Source: Alphaproteobacteria bacterium (GTDB lineage Bacteria > Pseudomonadota > Alphaproteobacteria > SHVV01). Taken from it: a stretch of 64,000 nt of DNA. The notes beneath the pieces are model-generated. The model was not told where the DNA came from. It did not search any database and saw only the letters and a program-made list of their open reading frames with translations. The DNA lies in assembly GCA_965261735.1 (NCBI GenBank), contig OZ253470.1, positions 1,504,001 to 1,568,000 of the forward strand, read 5' to 3'. Below, in pieces: positions 59,228 to 64,000 of the stretch (the first letter of the stretch is position 1; each line of letters starts with the position of its first letter). The position numbers and the translations under genes were made by a program.

Positions 59228-60238
59228 ATGGAATACCGAACGTTAAGCCCGGCTGGCCTCGAGGTGTCGACGATCTGTCTCGGAACGATGATGTTCGGGG
59301 CGCAAACCACGGCGGCAGTGGCGAGCCGAATGTTCGCACGCGCCCGCGACGCCGGGGTGAACTTCATCGACACCGCAGACGCCTATGCCGACGGGGCCTC
59401 CGAGCGCGTCGTTGGCCGCTGCATCAAGCGCGATCGCCACGATTGGGTGCTGGCGACGAAGTTCGGAGCAGGTTTCAAACCTGGGCCGAACCAGCGCGGG
59501 GTTACCCGCAAAAGGCTCATGCAGCAGATCGATTCGAGCCTGGCGAGGCTCGGCACCGACTTCATCGATATCTACTACATACACGTCGACGATCAGGCGA
59601 CGCCCCTTGCCGAAACGATCAGCGCGATGGGCGATGTCATCAGCCAGGGCAAGGCGCGCTACTTCGGGCTCAGCAATTTCCGCGGCTGGCGGATCGCCGA
59701 AGTCGTCCGACTATGCGACGCGCTTGGGGTCGATCGACCGGTCGCGTGCCAGCCGCTCTACAATGCGGTGAGCCGATACGCCGAAGACGAAGTACTGCCG
59801 GCCTGCGCCAACTACGGCCTCGGCGTGGTCGCCTATAGCCCGCTGGCGCGCGGTGTCCTCACCGCCAAATATTCACGGGGCAGAACGGCGACCAAAGGGA
59901 GCCGCGCTGGGCGAAAAGATAGACGGCTTCTGACCACCGAATACCGCGACGAGTCGCTGGCAATTGCCAAGGTTGTCGCCAATCATGCCCAATCGAAGGG
60001 CTTGACCGCCGCGCAGTTCGCGTTCCTATGGGTGCTCAACAACCGTCTGGTCGCATCGGCCATCGCTGGCCCGCGCACTATCGGCCAGTGGGACGAGTAC
60101 CTGAAGGCGCTTCGGCACACATTCGACGCCGATGACGAAGCGCTCATCGACAGCCTAGTGCCGCGCGGTCATAGCTCCACCCCCGGCTACACCGACCCGT
60201 CCTACCCGATTATCGGCCGCCAGCCGATTTCCGGCTAG
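59228..60238 (+). CDS. Aldo/keto reductase
   Basis: LGTMMFG, FIDTADAY, LATK, YSPLARG. Confidence 0.93.
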   Translation: MEYRTLSPAGLEVSTICLGTMMFGAQTTAAVASRMFARARDAGVNFIDTADAYADGASERVVGRCIKRDRHDWVLATKFGAGFKPGPNQRGVTRKRLMQQIDSSLARLGTDFIDIYYIHVDDQATPLAETISAMGDVISQGKARYFGLSNFRGWRIAEVVRLCDALGVDRPVACQPLYNAVSRYAEDEVLPACANYGLGVVAYSPLARGVLTAKYSRGRTATKGSRAGRKDRRLLTTEYRDESLAIAKVVANHAQSKGLTAAQFAFLWVLNNRLVASAIAGPRTIGQWDEYLKALRHTFDADDEALIDSLVPRGHSSTPGYTDPSYPIIGRQPISG

Positions 60239-60388
60239 ACGAGCCCCAACCTCGCCGCGCTCCGGCTGGCGGAATCCCGTCGGCTGATCTATAAGACCGC
60301 GGGGTCGGCCCCGCTCAAATGATCCCGCCCCAACGCCATAACCGGGCTATTCCGGTTGCGTCCTCCGAATCTCGGTGCCTGCGACCCA

Positions 60389-62212
60389 ATGACCGATACA
60401 CCCCTCGGCCTTCGCAATATCGCCATCATTGCCCATGTCGATCATGGCAAGACGACCCTCGTGGACCAACTCCTCAGCCAGTCGGGCACGCTCGGCCGGG
60501 GCGCCGCATCGGCGGTACGGGTCATGGACTCGAACGACCTGGAACGAGAACGCGGCATCACGATTCTTTCGAAGAATACGGCGGTCCGATGGGGTGACAT
60601 CTACATCAATATCGTCGATACGCCGGGCCACGCCGACTTCGGCGGAGAAGTCGAGCGCATCCTGTCGATGGTCGATTCGGTGCTGTTGCTGGTCGATGCG
60701 GTCGAAGGGCCAATGCCCCAAACGCGCTTTGTAACGAGCAAGGCGCTTGCCCAAGGGCTTCGCCCCATCGTCGTGATCAACAAGGTCGACCGTCCCGGCG
60801 CGCGGCCGGGATGGGCGTTGGACGAGACCTTCGATCTATTCGACCGGCTCGACGCAAGCGCCGCACAGCTTGATTTTCCCGTGGTTTATGCCTCGGCGCT
60901 GGAAGGCTGGGCGTCTCTGGAACCCGATCGCCGGGGACCCGACATGACCGCTCTCTTTCGAACGATCGCCGATCATGTGCCGCCGCCCAAGGTTGATCGA
61001 AACGGGCCGTTTCAGCTTCAGGTCAGCGCCCTCGCTTACTCGAGTTATGTCGGCGTCATTGGAATCGGACGCGTACAGCGCGGACGCATCGCGAACAACT
61101 CGGCCGTCACGGTGATCGGCGCCAGCGGTGCGACTCGAACCGAGCGCATCCTGCAAATCTTTGGATTTTACGGACTTGAGCGAATCGAGTGGGACGAAGC
61201 TTGCGCGGGGCAGATCGTCGCCTTCACCGGGCTCGACGAATTGCACATTTCCGACACCGTCTGCGCCCCCGATAGGGTCGAACCCCTTCCTGCCCTCGTG
61301 GTCGATGAACCGACCATCACGATGACGTTTCAGGTGAACGACTCGCCGTTCGCCGGCCGAGAGGGTCGTTTCGTCACCAGCCGTAATTTGGGCGAGCGGC
61401 TCGCGCAAGAGCTCATCCACAATGTCGCGCTGCGGGTCGAGCCGACCGCCGACCCAGACAAGTTCAAGGTTTCCGGCCGGGGCGAGCTGCACCTCGGCAT
61501 TCTCATCGAGACCATGCGCCGCGAGGGGTACGAGCTCGCGATCTCGCGCCCCGAGGTGATTGTGAAAGAAGTCGACGGAAAAATTCTGGAACCGTGGCAG
61601 ACCGTGACTCTCGACATTGAAGACGAGCACCAGGGTGCCGTCATGAGAATGCTGGGCGAGCGCCGCAGCAAGTTGCGCGACATGCGCTCGGACGGCAGGG
61701 GCCGCACGCGACTCGAATATTTGAGCCCGACACGCGGCCTGATCGGATTTCGATCCGAGTTTCTGACGACGACGTCCGGGACGGGCCTCATGTACCACGC
61801 CTTCGATCACTACGGTGCCAGGGTGGAGGCCACTCTCGGTCGCCGCACCAGTGGCGTCCTGGTCTCGATGGCGGGCGGCAAGGCCCTTGCTTTCGCGCTC
61901 TTCAATCTACAGGAGCGGGGGCGCCTTTTCATCTCCCCGGGCGCGGAAGTCTATGAGGGTATGGTGGTGGGCCAGCATGCGCGGACCAACGATCTGGTCG
62001 TGAACCCGACGAAGGCCAAGCAGTTGACCAATATTCGCGCGGCTGGAAGCGACGAGAATATTTTGCTGACGCCGCCGATCCAGACGACCCTCGAATACGC
62101 GCTTGAATTCATCAATGACGATGAACTGGTTGAAGTGACACCGAAGTCCATGCGAATTCGGAAGAAACTTCTGAAAGAGCAGGGGCGCAAGAGGGCACGC
62201 TGGGCGGCCTGA
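60389..62212 (+). CDS. typA: Translational GTPase TypA/BipA
   Basis: [39 protein letters not shown]. Confidence 0.96.
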   Translation: MTDTPLGLRNIAIIAHVDHGKTTLVDQLLSQSGTLGRGAASAVRVMDSNDLERERGITILSKNTAVRWGDIYINIVDTPGHADFGGEVERILSMVDSVLLLVDAVEGPMPQTRFVTSKALAQGLRPIVVINKVDRPGARPGWALDETFDLFDRLDASAAQLDFPVVYASALEGWASLEPDRRGPDMTALFRTIADHVPPPKVDRNGPFQLQVSALAYSSYVGVIGIGRVQRGRIANNSAVTVIGASGATRTERILQIFGFYGLERIEWDEACAGQIVAFTGLDELHISDTVCAPDRVEPLPALVVDEPTITMTFQVNDSPFAGREGRFVTSRNLGERLAQELIHNVALRVEPTADPDKFKVSGRGELHLGILIETMRREGYELAISRPEVIVKEVDGKILEPWQTVTLDIEDEHQGAVMRMLGERRSKLRDMRSDGRGRTRLEYLSPTRGLIGFRSEFLTTTSGTGLMYHAFDHYGARVEATLGRRTSGVLVSMAGGKALAFALFNLQERGRLFISPGAEVYEGMVVGQHARTNDLVVNPTKAKQLTNIRAAGSDENILLTPPIQTTLEYALEFINDDELVEVTPKSMRIRKKLLKEQGRKRARWAA

Positions 62213-62272
62213 TTGCCGTAGGAAGCTTGTCTAGCCTTGTGCGGGCGGGTGCGGCGAGCGCCGCAGCACTAC

Positions 62273-62626
62273 TTAACGCCGTGCCTTGCGCTTCGCGTAT
62301 CGAATATCGCGGGCCGCTTTTTGCTGCGCTTTCAGTTCGATAGCTTGGGCCGCCTGCTCAGCTTCCGCGGCGGCGGCGGCGGCAGCTTGCGCGGCGGCCA
62401 GCCCAGCGGCTTGGCGGGATTCTTCGGCTTCCCGTGCGGCGTTCTCGACCGCCAATCGGGCGTCCTCGGCCGCGCGCGCCGCTTTGCGTTCGGCAATGCG
62501 GGCCTTCCGGGCGACGCTTGTGGCCAAGCGGGCCGCCCGCTGTTCGACGGCGATCGGATCATCGTGCGACGGGCGGGCTCGAAACTTCTCCAGCGCCGCC
62601 TGCTTGGCTTTCGTGGCCGTGTTCAA
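62273..62626 (-). CDS. DUF6481-like small helical protein
   Basis: AKQAALEKFRARP...QKAARDIRYAKRKARR; start uncertain. Confidence 0.7.
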   Translation of the reverse strand: MNTATKAKQAALEKFRARPSHDDPIAVEQRAARLATSVARKARIAERKAARAAEDARLAVENAAREAEESRQAAGLAAAQAAAAAAAEAEQAAQAIELKAQQKAARDIRYAKRKARR

Positions 62627-62897
62627 ACGCTCTTTCCAGTCACCGCCTTTGAAGGCGCCTCTGGAATCGTCGCGGGTGGTTCTAGCTATGAGTGAGTCCT
62701 TTCGCTGGCGGTCGTGCTAGCCCCAAAGAACGGAAGTTGCCGCCAATCTCGATCGTTGGGCGGAACACCAGCCTGACTTCTCGCGCTCGAAGATGGCCAG
62801 ATCATAGCCGTACGATGCGGGCAGCGTCCCCGACCCCTCCGCATCGGCGGGGAAGCTGTGGTGCGGGACTCGCGGTCATCTCACCCTCTGGGAAGTC

Positions 62898-62942
62898 TGG
62901 GGCGGGCGATGGGATTCGAGCCCACGACCCCAACCTTGGCAA
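62898..62942 (-). other. 3' half of tRNA-Gly (GCC), probable att site
   Basis: TTGCCAAGGTTGGGGTCGTGGGCTCGAATCCCATCGCCCGCCCCA; no D-arm or 5' half. Confidence 0.75.
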
Positions 62943-63243
62943 CCCGGAAACTACGCCGTCGCGGGAACGAGCGCTAGTTCATTGCAGTGCGCCGGAATGC
63001 GCCGGAGGACGCAGTCCCTGGCGTGGTCCAAGCAGTAAGGGGATTTGTGACGGCGTTGATTCTGGTGAAATCTCGTGAACGGCGGTGGAGGCACGCAGCT
63101 GTAACCACCAATGTAACCACCGCCGTTTTTCGGGGGACATGCGCGTTTCGTTTTGAAGGCTGGTCGTACCCCTCAGAGGGTGAAACGGACATCGCGTGGA
63201 ACTCGGCGGATGGCCGCTCGCGACCCTATGCTTGACCGGCGAC

Positions 63244-63272
63244 GTCGCAGGTTCAAATCTTTCCCGCAACCA
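63244..63272 (+). other. Degenerate tRNA-Met-like 3' fragment
   Basis: GTCGCAGGTTCAAATCTTTCCCGCAACCA. Confidence 0.5.
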
Positions 63273-63320
63273 AAACAAGGCGTGGCGCCTGATCTCGCGC
63301 CGCGACGTTGGGCTCCGCGA

Positions 63321-63603
63321 TTAGGCAACCTCTTCCGTGACAACACTCTCCTCGACGTACGCTTTGAACTCCCCCTGAACGCCCTCAACGGTCTTTCCAA
63401 ATTTAGGGCCGAGCATGAGTTTCTCGATCAATGCGCCGACGGGCCAGTATCGGGTCTGCATGTCGATAAAGGTGGTGGCGCTGGTTCGGTTGGTGCCCAG
63501 ACTTTCGAGCCGCCATCCTCCACTTGCTTCTTTGACAAAAGCCGGTAGTCCTTCGAGTGACAATCTGAAGCTTTCGTTCTCCTTCCACTCGAGAACATTC
63601 TCC
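63321..63603 (-). pseudogene. SRPBCC-like gene 3' portion cut by IS1595
   Basis: ENVLEWKENESF...GGWRLESLG...GALIEKLML...GEFKAYVE. Confidence 0.6.
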
Positions 63604-64000
63604 CTTTCCTATCCGGTTTACACCCACACCCACTAGGGCTAGAATGGGCGCAACCCGGATATAGGGGAGCGCGCCATGGATGTTCTCGACCGCGCCGATC
63701 TCCCATTCCCGCATTCGCTACCCGAGTTCCAGCGACTTTTCCCCGATGATGCGGCCTGCGCCGCCTACCTGGAGAAAGCCCGCTGGGGAGACGGCTTTGC
63801 CTGCCCGCACTGCGGCACGGCGGGAGAGCCGTTCCACTTTGAAAACCGCCCTGGCGTCCTGCGCTGCCGCAAGTGCCGCCAGAACACCGGGCTGACGGTG
63901 GGAACAGTGATGGAGCGTAGCCACACTCCGCTGAACGTCTGGTTCTGGGCCGCTTATCTGGTCGCCAGTCAGACGCCCGGCATGTCCGCCGTGCAGTTTC
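63604..64000 (+). mobile_element. IS1595 family element, copy 3 (runs off window; transposase starts at 63676)
   Basis: Left end CTTTCCTATCCGGTTTACACCC; sequence matches copies 1 and 2. Confidence 0.93.

Noticed and set aside
62898-62942. Functional tRNA-Gly gene
   Set aside because: 5' half is absent and the T-loop is mutated (GCTCGA)

Overview
High-GC alphaproteobacterial (Rhodospirillales-like) chromosomal segment with housekeeping genes (rpmH-rnpA-yidD-yidC-engB-argB, rlmN, argG, typA, tRNA-Arg) and many recent insertion sequences: 2x IS630, 3x IS1595 plus an end fragment, 2x IS110/IS1111 and 1x IS5. Several genes are broken. The left end holds a minus-strand selenium cluster that the ORF track misses: selD, tRNA-Sec, and two genes split by in-frame TGA codons in UxxC motifs, each followed by a SECIS-like hairpin. 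These are a glutaredoxin-DinB fusion and a GrdB/PrdB-like protein with an extra C-terminal domain; the latter has lost its 5' end at a head-to-head junction with an Ala/Glu-rich repeat gene. Removing the ISs at 42.8-47.7 kb rebuilds a JAB peptidase + E1/ThiF pair resembling a decayed Bil-type ubiquitin-like defence locus. The IS1111 non-coding end carries short segments matching its two target sites and its own circle junction (bridge/seekRNA-like guides). A tRNA 3' fragment near 62.9 kb marks a probable island boundary. All calls come from reading motifs by eye; no searches were run.
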